From positions 14,050,651 to 14,114,650 of the forward strand of contig CM120647.1 in NCBI GenBank assembly GCA_051362555.1: 64,000 nt of DNA. Reading direction: 5' to 3'. Positions 51,721 to 64,000 of the stretch are shown here, piece by piece. The stretch comes from Lingula anatina. Its lineage: Eukaryota; Animalia; Brachiopoda. The notes under the pieces are model-generated. The model saw only the letters and a list, made by a program, of their open reading frames with translations. It was not told the origin of the DNA and did no database searches. Made by a program: the position numbers and the translations under genes. Position 1 is the first letter of the stretch. Each line of letters opens with the position of its first letter.

Positions 51721-53100
51721 GACACACATCCTTATGGTGAACTACCAGCAGCTTATGCAAAGGGGGAGCACACCAACATTGTCGTCGTTGGGAAGACAGG
51801 GACCGGAAAGAGCTCTACCTGTAATATGTTGTTGGATAAAGAAGGGGTTTTCAAAGCAGAATTATCCCCAAACAGTGTAACGAGAGTCGTGAAATCTAAC
51901 TGTGCCAACGTGGATGGACACAAGCTTCGCCTCATCGATACTCCTGGTCTCTTAGAAGCAGTTTCGTCTAGCAGTTTAGAATTTCTTAAGATCGTGGCAA
52001 AATGCATTATTTTGCTCGACGGCGAAGAAGGTTTCGACGCGTTCTTGTTTGTCATTAACTGCAAGGAAACGCCATCTCAAGAGGAAGTGAACGCCTTAAA
52101 TCAGTTAATTTCGATGTTTTCGGAAGCCATTTGTCAATACATGGTTGTTGTGGCTACTCACAAGGATGAACTTGAGAACAATGAAAGCACAACAGAAAGT
52201 TTCAAAAGCCGTCGTCCCGACAAAATGAAGACGATCCTTCAGAAGGCCGGTGACAGGATGGAGTTCATCAACAGCGTCACCCAGGACAGGGAAGAGCGTA
52301 GACAGTACATAGAAGCCATCATCAGACAAGTTGATGCCATTGCAAGAGCTCATAAAGGTAAGAAATTCTCCAATGATGCGATCAACCAAGCAAGGAAAAA
52401 AGGACAAGAACTGAGAAAAAAATACCCTCACCTGAGTGAGGCCGGTATACAAGAGGAATTACAAAAATTGATCGAGTCACATTTAACATCACAGTACTGG
52501 TGTTTCGATGGCTCTTCCACTGTGCGACTTAGCAATGGGTCAGTCACAGCAATGGCCAAACTATCTCCCGGTGACAGGGTGCTTTGTGTTAGGGACGATG
52601 GCTCCGTCGGCTTCGAGGAAATCTTCTGTTTCAGCCATGCCGATGACAATTGTCAAACTATATATGTCCACTTGGAGACAGCAAATGGACAACGCCTCCT
52701 CCTCTCTTACGGTCATTATATCCACGCTCCCTCCAACTCTACATCATTCCCATTTTCCCTGAAAGCCGCCCGTGATATCCGAGTTGGAGATGTGGTGTTC
52801 GTGTATCACCCTGCGACCAACGCCATGCTTATGGATGAAATTGTGTCAACAGGCAGTAAGAAGGTCACAGGAGCCTTTTGTCCTCACACCATCAGTGGTA
52901 CGATCATCGTGAATGATATTTTGGCGTCCTGTTACGCCGACGCCGTAGATCCCCTGGTGGCGAGAAAATTGCTTATGCCAGCCTGGTGTCTGTACAAGTT
53001 GCTTCCGCTGAGGGTGTCTGCGCCAGTGTTGAAAGATGGCGTCTCAAATACCTGTAAACTTTTGAGCGCGACGAAGCAATATTTAAAAAGTCTTTACTAG
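51721..53100 (+). CDS. GIMAP/AIG1-family GTPase fused to a hedgehog-type Hog (Hint + SRR-like) domain, paralog 2, terminal coding exon
   Basis: ctacag|GAC phase-0 acceptor at 51721. NIVVVGKTGTGKSSTCN, LIDTPG, GFDAFLFVI, THKDEL. Hint from 52501 (CFDGSSTV...FSH...LSYGH...ILASCY). Open frame of 459 codons. Confidence 0.92.
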   Translation, partial: DTHPYGELPAAYAKGEHTNIVVVGKTGTGKSSTCNMLLDKEGVFKAELSPNSVTRVVKSNCANVDGHKLRLIDTPGLLEAVSSSSLEFLKIVAKCIILLDGEEGFDAFLFVINCKETPSQEEVNALNQLISMFSEAICQYMVVVATHKDELENNESTTESFKSRRPDKMKTILQKAGDRMEFINSVTQDREERRQYIEAIIRQVDAIARAHKGKKFSNDAINQARKKGQELRKKYPHLSEAGIQEELQKLIESHLTSQYWCFDGSSTVRLSNGSVTAMAKLSPGDRVLCVRDDGSVGFEEIFCFSHADDNCQTIYVHLETANGQRLLLSYGHYIHAPSNSTSFPFSLKAARDIRVGDVVFVYHPATNAMLMDEIVSTGSKKVTGAFCPHTISGTIIVNDILASCYADAVDPLVARKLLMPAWCLYKLLPLRVSAPVLKDGVSNTCKLLSATKQYLKSLY

Positions 53101-53251
53101 AGTAGCATGTAAGCAAACCACCATCAATGACTAAACGTCTGTTACAGGGAGCAGGATTCAGTTGATAACTTAGAGTGAGAAGATGTCATACCTGTGTAAA
53201 CATGAATGACTAAACCTGCAACTAAGGTTATGCTAATACAGTTCGCTTTAA

Positions 53252-53916
53252 TACCCCCGTCACACAAAAGGAGGAATGAGCAAGAATGCCGTCGGAAAGA
53301 CAATTCTTTGTGCGCTCCTGGATATTCGAAGAGCATTCTAAAAATTCCGAGTGCATTCAAATTTCCACTTGGAATGCACTTCGAAAGTTTTTGACATGAC
53401 AAAAATATTCGGGATGCCACAAGAATGGGTAAAAATATTTGGAATGCACTCAGAATTTTTATGATGTTTTAGAATGCTCTTCGAATATCCTGGAATGCAC
53501 AAAGAATTGTATTTCATTCTTAATCATTCCGCCTCTAGTGTGACGGGAATTTTATATCCCGCAGGAATGTTTCGAATGTGCCTCGGGTGAGTTGAAATAT
53601 TAACGTTGCCAGCAATCGAACTACACTAGTGCGCCGTTCAAAGTATATTCTAAATATTCTTACTGCCTTCTTACAGCATTATAAATATTCCTAGTTTTCC
53701 AACTACCTTCGAACTGCTTTTGAGAGCTAATACAGTCGAAAGTGCACTCATCATTCCAGGCGAATTCAAGCGCTTTCTGAGTATTCCAACGGTATTCTTA
53801 CAATAATTAAGGTCAATTTGAAATTTTTCCCCGAATGTGGTAAGAATTTTAAAGATACTTCGTTCAGGCTCATTCTTCTTCATTCCTGCTGATTCTGATT
53901 AAGTGTGACGGGGGTA
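53252..53916. mobile_element. PIF/Harbinger-type MITE ~150 bp downstream of the paralog-2 stop
   Basis: TAA|TACCCCCGTCACAC ... GTGTGACGGGGGTA|TAA. Absent from the paralogous site near 23074. Confidence 0.85.
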
Positions 53917-54584
53917 TAAGATCGAAGATTTTATGCGTTTATCATGTGCAATTTGGACATTGCGAACTTACTCAATTGGATATATTACTACAGCGCAACT
54001 TTACTATCTGATTATGTGATAGGGTTGTATTTCCGAAACACCCATTAGTGTACATTTTAGAAAAAAAATCAAGCACAAAATGACCCATTTTTTTTCACTC
54101 TCTTGCTTCTTTCATCTAATGTGTGTGGCCGAAATTATTTTTAGAATTTGTATTTATATACTTACGTATTTTATCATCAAAATGGCGGACACGTTTTACC
54201 AGACCTATACAAGGCATAATCAACTTCAGAAATTCGACTGTATACCAAATTAGTATGTAGTTTAGTTAGAATTATGTGTTTGTCTTAAAAGTAAAAGGTC
54301 AAACAAGGCATATTCCTCTGATGTTATGGTGGCGCGATCCTATCATTTAAGCAAGATGTTTTCCCCGAGAGCAAAATTTGGTGCGGCTCGAAGGTATTGG
54401 GATACATAATTTTCGCACCAAATCTTATTTTGTCGAGAATATAGCAAATGTATGTATGAATAAATTATTGCTCGGCCCAGTTAATTTGCTCTTTTTACTG
54501 ACAGTTTTTTTTTTTTTTTTTTCAAAGTCTAACTTAGAAAAGGTAAGTAACTTTACAAGATATAGAGACAAGGCTTTGGATATT

Positions 54585-55163
54585 AGAGAGTTTTGGCAAG
54601 GCCTTCCGTACGACGTATAACGTGCGACGTCATCACTTTGTGCGTAGTTTTTCTCAAGGACAAGTCATAAGTCATACGGCACTACGTATGAATCGGTGAT
54701 TACACGTAGGTAAGAAACGTATCGACTTTAATAGACTTACGCTTATTTCTTTCAAGTTTAACATACTGCAGAGGAATATATAGGGTGTTAAGATTCCACT
54801 GAATCACTTTTAGACGCTGTCGGTAGAAATACTCTGTGAAAACAGCTGGAAAAACAGCCAGTCAATCAGTCGTCCGTAGTAGTATCAAATTCAATTTAAG
54901 TTGATTTTTTTTCATAAACAACAGGATCTGCGGCATCAATTGACGTAAATAACACATTCCATTCAATATTTTAATTATTCATCTATCTAAAAAGAATCCA
55001 AATATTATAATATTTATATATAATATAAATAAAAATAATATAAAAAAACCGCATACGGAGTGAGACCTGCCAAAACCACTGCTAGCTTTCTCGCGTACGT
55101 AAAACGTATTACGTATTGAACTATACGTTACACGCCATACGGAAGGCCTTGCCAAAACTCTTA
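54585..55163. mobile_element. MITE with AGAG-type termini (Harbinger/Pangu-like)
   Basis: TIRs AGAGTTTTGGCAAGGCCTTCCGTA / TACGGAAGGCCTTGCCAAAACTCT; ATT-like flanks. Confidence 0.7.
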
Positions 55164-56145
55164 ATTATTCAAACACGTGTAGAATATAATTCAACCAATT
55201 TCAAAATTAAGTGGTATAAGCGATCCTGTACATTTGGCCTATGTGTCAGATCCAGTTGGCATATATATTGGCTTGACTAAAGAAGTACATGTTAACGGTA
55301 TAGTGCTTGCTTTACCATAGTGATTACAAGATTTCACAACAAGAACAAATGCATATAATAAGCCAAAGACCGTATCACAGATTTCCTGTCTACATGTTGC
55401 AAAATGTTTTGATTATTCTCATTTTTTAAACATTTTTCTTTGTACCTACAATGTGCTTTGTACATACATGCACAATTACAAATAACACGACAAACGACAA
55501 CCATTATTTGGAATACTATCGATCACATTATCAATGTTCACAGATTCTATATGTTTAATTAAGACTCTTTGAAGCATTTTTTTTTTTTTTTTTTTGCATA
55601 TTGAACCTGCTAATCCACTTGCATTTGTCTGTATTCATTTCGAATAATTTGCACTCAATACAGGTTAATTTTAATTTAATTTGAAGTTGACGTGATTTGC
55701 TATATGTGTCTGTTGCCACAGTACATTTTAGGGGGAGGCAAACTTTTATTACAACATTTTAATGACTTAATGGTTGGGGTTTTCTTTGTTTTTACTTTGA
55801 TTATTTCAGATATTAATCTGTGTGTCATCATTATGAATACGAGTGCGCCAAACAAGAAATTATAGCAACGACTATCTTGTTTTAGTCATGAGAAATATTA
55901 GTATCTTTATAAATCACATTGTACTATTTATAATGCAAAATGCTTGTTTACGCTTTCTTATTATCTATTACATTGAATTATTGATAATAGTCATATTTGG
56001 TGTAAACCATGGTCTTTATTGTTAGCATGCTGTATCTATTTATTTTCCAATGTCATAATTATCAGCATGCTGTGTTCTATTTACTCTTTAATGTTATGAA
56101 TAATGTCTGTTTTTAGCGTTTGCTGAACAGCAATGATTTAGAATG

Positions 56146-56182
<37 letters not shown>

Positions 56183-58895
56183 TTAAAACAACAAAGAAAA
56201 ATGCGTTTTTAAAATAAGTTTTCGTCTTATTTGGTAAGTGAATTAACTTCATTGAAATTTTATGGAAGGTTTGATTTTCTTAATTGGACTTCATCAAGTT
56301 AATTGGTTCTGCTCATTACCTGATATAGAAGGAGATTATATAGTATATACAATATATGTTGCATCAAAAACCATTACACTTTGAAAAATTGTTTTACTTA
56401 GTCTTTATATTATACAAGGAGCTAATTGTGTTATTACTGCGACGGTAAAATGCTGTTTTTAGGCTTTATAATGAACTATCAACAAATTATACAATATGTA
56501 CTCGATTTGGACGATGTATTCTTAAAATTAAGTTAAATTGAAGTAGTTTTTATCTCAATATGGTATAATGACACAATGTCCTATTAGTAAATACATTTAA
56601 CAAAAGGCATGACGTACTGATTTATGTAATGCATCTCTTTCGACATCGAAATTACATGAATTGTTTTGATAATTTATGCATCTTATGTTATTTAGTATTT
56701 GCTTTGCTTTAAAAACAAAAGAAAAAGGAGTCTATGTTGTGAAACTTGAGAATACGAATATCAATTTATATATTTATTTATTTATTTTATTCTATTTATT
56801 TTATTATTATTATTATTTTTTATTTATTTATTTAATTTTTTTTGTAGAAAGGTTGTATAATGTAAAATTAATGATCAACACTTTCCCTAATTGCAAGTTG
56901 TAATTGGATGGATCAAATAATTTAAAAGATATGGAGTTATTAAGTTCAACAAGTGGACATGATGTTTTTAAGTTAGGAAAAAATGGAAATGCCAGTTTCA
57001 TTTGACTGGTTAACTTCACAATCAAATTGTAAGGTAATACCACGTGCATAAATCTTACCAGCTGTGTTTTGTATATGATCTAATGATGAGTAATTCAAAT
57101 AATATTTTACATTTTCTTTATTGAAGACAAATCTCTTAGAAATTACCTAATAAGGAATTATAGAATGGTGGAATGCAAAATGAGAATGCAAAATCTCGGC
57201 TAATCACGTAAATACAATGGAACGAAAACCAGTAAATGTGTGATCAGTAAGGAGAAATAGAGTACAAATAGTTGTAAAATTGTAAGAAAAATAAGTCGGC
57301 GAATAAATGTTTGAAGGCTCGTATCTTTAACTTTACTATCTGTTATATTATGCTTTGTTCTTACTTTGTAAAATTAGTTGCACAAATACAATAAATAAAA
57401 TTCGTCTCATAATTGAAATAAATTATGGTGATTTCCCCAATGCTGATCAATTACAATAACTCATTTTACCAGATTAAATAATGAAGACCTGGTATATATT
57501 CTTAAAGCCACCATCACCTGCTCAAATAAATGCATTTTTTTTTCTAAAATAGATTAGGAAATAATCCATGATCACTTTTGAATTCTGACGTCAATTTCTA
57601 CCCATGCGCCATTCACGACTTCAAAGTCTACAACGAAGAAATCATCAAAGTCGTTTCCTTTTTGTTCAGAATGTTCATAAGTGAAATATTCCATTACCGA
57701 AATGTACTGGTAGATGTCCCACAACGATGCTTCCTCCTTAAACAAAATAGTATGAATTGAAATAAATATTGCAGTCATAGTAATGAGAACGATTTTTTCT
57801 AGATTATATCTAAAATCCTTATATCCGGTAAAATGTACAGAAAATGTAGGCAATAATCAGCAGAGAAGTAAAACAAAAGAAAAATGGATTGGACTGAGAA
57901 AATTGAAAAAAAAATTGAACAAATCTGACAAAGTTTAATTTGAAAATTCTTTATCAGGCCCTTAAGAACAACAGGAGGCGAAATTGAGTCAATCATATTT
58001 TAAGATACATAAAACAATTTGAAAGAACTGCAGCGAACATTAATTACAGAATGTACTAAGACTATATTTTTTAAATTAAAAAAGTTTTTATCAATCCCTT
58101 AAAAACAGGGGGCGGCAAAATTGAGCCAATTACATTTATAGGGAAAGAAAAATCATTTGAAATAATTGTAGCAAACATAACCTTCAGTATGCACGGGTTT
58201 GCTTGTTCACGCAAAATGTCTCGGACCACTCCTCATAAGTTCTCGAAAACACATGGTATCTGATAGGGCAAGAAGAACACGAGCCAGAGCCGTCCTCTCA
58301 TACGCCTTTTGACCGACATGCATATTGTTTAAGTCTTCAATATTATCTGAAAAGTAATAAAAATCATTAATTTATTCAGATCACAGCTTTGGAATGATTT
58401 GCATTGAGTATTGATTTTGAGAGTGAAAAAAAAAATGACACCAACGAAAACAAAAGTTCATGTGCTATGCTCGTTAAACATAATGTTTGTGAAATATTGA
58501 TTAAAAGCATGAGATAAACAAAATGTGTCTATCGCCCTGTTTACAGAGACTATTACCTCGCTAATTATCAATTATACATTTTTTTACTTTCCGTATTTAG
58601 ACATAGAAATACATTTACTCCTTTAAAACTTTACTGCAGTGCAGTGTCAGTATTTGTAGATTATAATTCAACTTTTGGAAGATGTTTAATTCCATTTTTT
58701 TTTGTATCTTATTGCCATGCTATAGTTTTATTTAAGTTTTTGTAACAGCTTTCGCTAGATTACAGAATGAATTTCAAGGAGAGAGAGAGAGAGATGGGGT
58801 TTTACATGAATTAAAATAAAAGATCTACCGTCATCAACACACAAATAGGGAGAGGATTGTGGGGAGAAAATTGAAACTTAATAAAGTAATTAACC

Positions 58896-58937
<42 letters not shown>

Positions 58938-59966
58938 AAACCTTTTTTCAAGTACACACATAATTAAAATTGGTTGAATCGCCTTACTCACCATTGAACA
59001 CATACATGCCATTAGCTGAAAGTAACATAAACACTGCCTAGCCCGAACCTTCGAGTGAAGCGAACAAGTTGTCAAGTCCAAACCCGACCAAAGCACCGTT
59101 CACTTTTTATACATGTAAACATGTAAACATTACCCCACCACAAAACGTCCTTCTGCACAAACCTTGTTACGTCTTCTAGATCAGTAAGCAGTGATGCATT
59201 ATTCCACACGTCAAACTGCATAAGATGAAGTACACAATGCATAAGTTATAAACCTACTGCAGATGTAATAAAAAAATCAACGCGGTGGTAAAAGTGGTAA
59301 CAAAGAACACACTGTGTCTCACCATCAGCTGTAGGTTCCGCCATCTTTGTTGTTTATGTCTGCGGCCTTTCAAAATATCGCTTCCTCCAATACAGGCACC
59401 TTTGACCTCGATAAAGGTGCAATCGAATCATCAGGCTAAAAGCACGGATGTTTAAGCCGCGTGGGCTTACGTCTCATTGAGGAGTGATATGAGCTTTGAT
59501 TACTGACAGGTGCGGGGCCATGAAAGTAAATGTACGTTAAACAGAAGGTTTATCCAAATATGCACATAGCCAACTTTAGTAAAACACATTTTCTACATAA
59601 AAAGACAAATAAAGCACATGATTTCAACATTGTTTTTAGTGAGACGCACAAAGAAAAAAAAACGCATATCCATAAGTGTCGACTAAACAAAATATAGAAC
59701 GTGTTTTGCTTTAACGTGTTACCCAAGTGAATTTCATATTTTTTAAATTTTCAACATCAGGATATTTGTTTTTTTTTTTTTGTGACAAGTGCTCCCGCCT
59801 ATCGGTAGATGTACATATTAATGCGATACACTATATTATGTGCAACTTTCTCATTTCATAATGACCCCGTTCTGCGTCAAAGTTTTGCAGTGTGTGGCAA
59901 AAACAGTTTTGATATAAGACAGGTCACATAAACGGTTCCTTTTGTCAATCACTGGCAAAATCGAGG

Positions 59967-60031
59967 TGAAAGCAGGAGGATTTGACGTCACAGTCTTTAA
60001 CCAGCGCCTTAGACTTCTCAGCCACGCTACC
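59967..60031 (-). pseudogene. tRNA-Leu(AAG)-derived pseudogene
   Basis: The - strand reads GGTAGCGTGGCTGAGAAGTCTAAGGCGCTGGTTAAAGAC...GTCAAATCCTCCTGCT. This matches the 5' half of eukaryotic tRNA-Leu; the 3' anticodon stem and variable arm are deleted and the T-arm is mutated. Confidence 0.7.
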
Positions 60032-60648
60032 TCTTGTCTGAGGTAATCGATGTATAGACATTAGCAGCATGCACTGATTCAACAAGCACCTGGTCATTCG
60101 TGTTGAATCTTCACGCGTTTGAATCTGTTAATTCATATCTGATATTTCATTTAAAAAAGCGTACAAAGTGCAGTTGTTGTTCACATCTTCACATCTAGTA
60201 CAATGATGATGATACAATGAAGGCATAAATTGATAACTGACAGAAAATCTCGGGATGTGCTCTACGCTAGGTCTTGATTAGGACGGCATCAATGTTTAAA
60301 AGCGTTCTTAATGTCTAAACTTAATATCCTTTCAAACCACAATTAAACGTGTTTTACCCTTGAAATACCAAGCTCTGATAAATTTTGGTATTTTTTGCAC
60401 TAGCAGTTGCTGTTACCATCGATATCTCTACAATTTACGTGTGCATCAAACTAAAAACTATCGCTAGAATGGAGTGTTTCATTTTTTTTTTTTCATTTTT
60501 CATGAAATGTGTTAACGGTTAGCCTCCCTGAAAAGTAATGGTCGTTTTTTATCGTACATTGACGTAATATCGAAGGCGGTTACTCATGGGCGGATACTTC
60601 AACTGCAGTTTTAAATCCATTGTTTCAATACACCAAATAATAACATGG

Positions 60649-60716
<68 letters not shown>

Positions 60717-60775
60717 AAAAACACATCTCTGAATTATCTTTATTTTAACAACTCTATTCAATCAAGAGGCCGAAA

Positions 60776-60822
<47 letters not shown>

Positions 60823-61026
60823 AACCATTAAGCTAGCGGTCAATATATCAGTCTGTATCCCTCAAATCCCCGGGGGTCAACATGGGGGTGTCTAGTAATC
60901 GCTTTCAATACCCCAACTGTACTCGATGGACACCAGAATTCCGGTTTGGTGACATTAAGGTCCCAAAAGGTCACAGCAAGGTCAAAATAAGGTCACAAAA
61001 CGCTACTTCAGGTCAACGCATTGTGT

Positions 61027-61392
61027 TCATTCGCCAGTTTGAATATCTGGGTCTATATATGTGCTTTCGCCTCCAGAATTCCGCATAGATAATATCAAAG
61101 TCACCACACGGTACCCTATCACCAAGAGAAACGGCGAAAGGTCAATCAACACAAGAAGTGCTATAGCTATGTACTTTATAGAGGGGTGGATTATGTCTGC
61201 ACTGAGGGGTATAATCCATGCCACCCCAACGTTAACGCCAATGACCAGTATAATGATAACAACGAGGAGAAGACTTGCACAAAATGTACTTCTCTTGCTG
61301 CGCCCGCTAGTAAGTAGGCGATTTTCATCTGAAGTTTCAGATGGGAACATTTTTTCATTGATCTGCTCTCTGAGTAAACGTTCACCTTTTGC
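61027..61392 (-). CDS. Possible exon encoding a small two-transmembrane protein
   Basis: 107-aa ORF from ATG at 61350 with two hydrophobic stretches (FCASLLLVVIIILVIGVNVGVAWII; YIAIALLVLIDLSPFLLVIGY). The frame stays open up to a ttattcag acceptor at ~61393. No family recognised. Confidence 0.4.
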   Translation of the reverse strand, partial: AKGERLLREQINEKMFPSETSDENRLLTSGRSKRSTFCASLLLVVIIILVIGVNVGVAWIIPLSADIIHPSIKYIAIALLVLIDLSPFLLVIGYRVVTLILSMRNSGGESTYIDPDIQTGE

Positions 61393-61560
61393 CTGAATAA
61401 TGTTGACCTACTGCCTGAGTAAGGTTGACCTACTGTCTGAGCAATGTTGATCTATATGTAATGTCTGAGTAATTTCAGCACTCCGCCTGAGTAATATTGA
61501 CCTTCCGTCTGCGTAAGGTTGGCCTACTGTCTGAGTAATGTTGACCTCCTCCCTGAGTTA
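61393..61560. repeat. ~21-bp minisatellite
   Basis: ctgagtaa(t/g)gttgacctactg variants, about 7 degenerate copies. Confidence 0.8.
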
Positions 61561-63496
61561 AGTCTATTATCTTAGCATGACTTGTGTAAAACATATAGTG
61601 CATACACCGACACAGTTGATCCCTCATGAGAATGCTAATCAGAAGTATTTGATTTGCATTTCCAGATAGCGCGCAATTTTGCTTTCGGTTCTCTTCTTTG
61701 TTCGTCGTTTTGAGCAAAGTCCCGTGTTCTTTATAGTCTTCACATTTCCAGTTGACAAGCAGGCTGCATACTGAGATTACTTTGACACTGACTGGCGCTT
61801 GACCTTGTACATCTACATTTGGTTAATTCAGTCTTCCTGTGAAATCTGAAATTTATTTATATTTATTTGTCGTTTTTTTTTTTTGTTTTTTTTTTTTGTA
61901 TAACAAAGACCCATGACATATTATATGTTCAATATTGATAATTTGTTATCTGTAAATGACTAAATAAATAATATTTCATTTATAGTCAAACCACTCTCTT
62001 CTGTGTTGATTATTTTACTTAAGTTTTAATATTTATGGAGAGGGTTGAAGATTTTGGTATTTTAAACCAGAAAGGGATAAACATCCAAAATAAAATATTT
62101 CACTTTTTAAGGGAAAACCAAAAGGAAAACGCTGGTACAGGTACCCTTGACAACAGTGATGAGAGTCAAAGAAAATTAGCCTAATACTTTGGTAGATGTA
62201 TGTTGAATGAAAATGATAGACTTCTAAATTGCTACTGTGAAGGTGCAAACCCCCTATTTACACATACATTAAATGCAAATGTTAACATCCCATCGCATTC
62301 TCTGCGTAAATAATCCATATGCAAACAAGCAGGCGATGTCAAACATGACTCAAACGGGGACTCGACGCTGTTTGTCGACTTTGCTACACATACGTGTAGA
62401 AATCCAATGTTTAATACACTGTGTGTGTGTGGGGGGGGGGGGGGGGCAGCATTACCATCTTCCAAAACCACAATCCACACCTTCCAAAATGTTCACTTGC
62501 TATTAACCAGATATGTGTTTGAGTCTAATTAATGACACAATTCTCTACTTTGGTATTTTAAACCAGAAAGGGAAAAAACATCCAAAATAAATTTTGGAAC
62601 AGAATATCATCATTCATTTGACTTCCAGTATGGAGAAGCTTGTCATTCAAGACACACAAATACCGCCGGGAAGTAGTGGAGGGTGTGCAGCAAAAATATG
62701 TTTCGGGGTGGACAATGGCTGACAGCCGTGGTTGCACGTGACTTAATATATTCTAACTGTTTATTTTATTAAGTATTCAGCATTTGGCTTAAACACGTGA
62801 ACAGGGTCCCATGACAGCCCAAAATCCAGTGATTTGGATATATGTATAAAGACCCCACGAGTGGGCTTGTATTATTATACATCCATCTGCGAAGCGAATG
62901 ATTCGCATAGTGAAATTCTTTACAGTATTACACGCCTACAAGTATAAAATAGCAGCGCCTTAATAGATGTAATACCAACGTCATACAACATGTATACTTA
63001 CTTCTATGAAATGTACCAGGATTCATGAATGCTGTGCCCGAGGTCGGTCGTCTACCAGCCAGCCATACGCCAGGTAAGATTATTCTGAGATTTGTATTCA
63101 AATTAGATCAAGATACAGATACATGTATTCCAAGGTTTACGTCAGTGGTCGGGTGTTTTGACTTCTTCAGTCTTTTTGTATCGACCCGCCACAAATCTTA
63201 CAATTCTAGGCGAAAATCGGGGGATAATCAGTGTCATTACAAGAAAGCAGGAGAAATCTCGCTGCCTACTTTGGTCACATTGACCTCTCACTCAAGCGTC
63301 CAATATCCACTTTCTCCGGCGCAGCTACAGAGCGACTAAGATCTTAATTACACCACATGATAGTTTGCTAGCCACAAGCGTCTATGTTCAGTGACAATAA
63401 ATCACGCGTGAGCACGAAGAGGTGCAGCGGAGTCCCTTACACGGGTCTCCAACCACAGACAAGATAATAACGTTTAATACATTATGTGGTACAGTC

Positions 63497-63645
63497 CGTG
63501 TCACGTACATGAGAGTCCCCTGTGATACAAAATATGGTGTCACGTACAACAGTCCCGTGCGATACAAAACCCGATGTCATTTACTACAGAGTTCCTATGA
63601 TACAGAACCTGGCGTCACGTACAAGGAAGTCCCCTGCGATACATG
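63497..63645. repeat. ~38-bp minisatellite
   Basis: gtcacgtaca..agtccc(c/g)tgcgataca.aa.c, about 4 copies. Confidence 0.75.
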
Positions 63646-64000
63646 ATCCTGTTCACATTGATTTGTACAACTAAGCCTTGTCCTAGTTTTCAGATAGTTT
63701 AACCCACTTACGACTACAACCTGTACGGATCTAATGGAGGATGCGTTCTCTACTACATGGACCCTCATTTTTTTTCTTTTTTGTTTTTTTCACTTAAATA
63801 TAGTGTAGTACACATTGGGCGGATACAGTGACTGGGAGTCCCCTGGTACATAGAGGTGCAATCAATTTCTTGGGTCTGATAGATATTTATTAGATTGGAT
63901 TTTTTTTTCAAAAATATTCCTGTTTTAGGCTTCAGCTTTTTCGTCTCTTTTATTTTATCTTATTTCATTCTGGGTTAGTCATTTAATAATCATTTTCTGA

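Larger units (their letters stand above)
50890..58890 (+). repeat. Segmental duplication, copy B
   Basis: See copy A. Copy B lacks the Kolobok-like, MULE and Tc1 insertions and carries its own MITEs. Confidence 0.9.

Noticed and set aside
59967-60031. Functional tRNA-Leu
   Set aside because: The anticodon stem 3' strand and variable arm are missing, and the B-box and acceptor stem are mutated.
62053-62591. ~40-bp direct repeat (tttggtattttaaaccagaaaggga..aacatccaaaataaa) about 495 bp apart
   Set aside because: No LTR or element hallmarks; probably a small local duplication.

Overview
AT-rich eukaryotic DNA, most likely an invertebrate genome (GT-AG splice sites, microsatellites, many decayed DNA transposons; the taxon cannot be determined from sequence). 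The main content is a small cluster of GIMAP/AIG1-family GTPase genes. Two paralogous large exons (21552-22934 and 51721-53100, + strand) each encode an AIG1/GIMAP GTPase fused in one exon to a complete hedgehog-type Hog module (Hint plus a sterol-recognition-like tail). Their catalytic residues are C1, H46 (in place of hedgehog D46), S69-x-x-H72 and C144. This suggests a cytosolic immune-type GTPase that cleaves itself and may add a lipid or sterol to its own C-terminus. A third, divergent AIG1 exon (31867-32478) ends in a phase-0 donor that fits the phase-0 acceptor of the second fusion exon, which could give a GIMAP-GIMAP-Hog protein. The two fusion genes lie in an old tandem segmental duplication (about 18.7-30.0 kb vs 50.9-58.9 kb) that later took different insertions. 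The rest is Academ-like, PIF/Harbinger (one Pangu-like), Tc1, MULE, Kolobok-like and CACTG-ended elements, a ~180-bp palindrome-rich satellite, a tRNA-Leu pseudogene and a possible small 2-TM ORF. All alignments and identities were done by eye, and novelty was not checked against databases.
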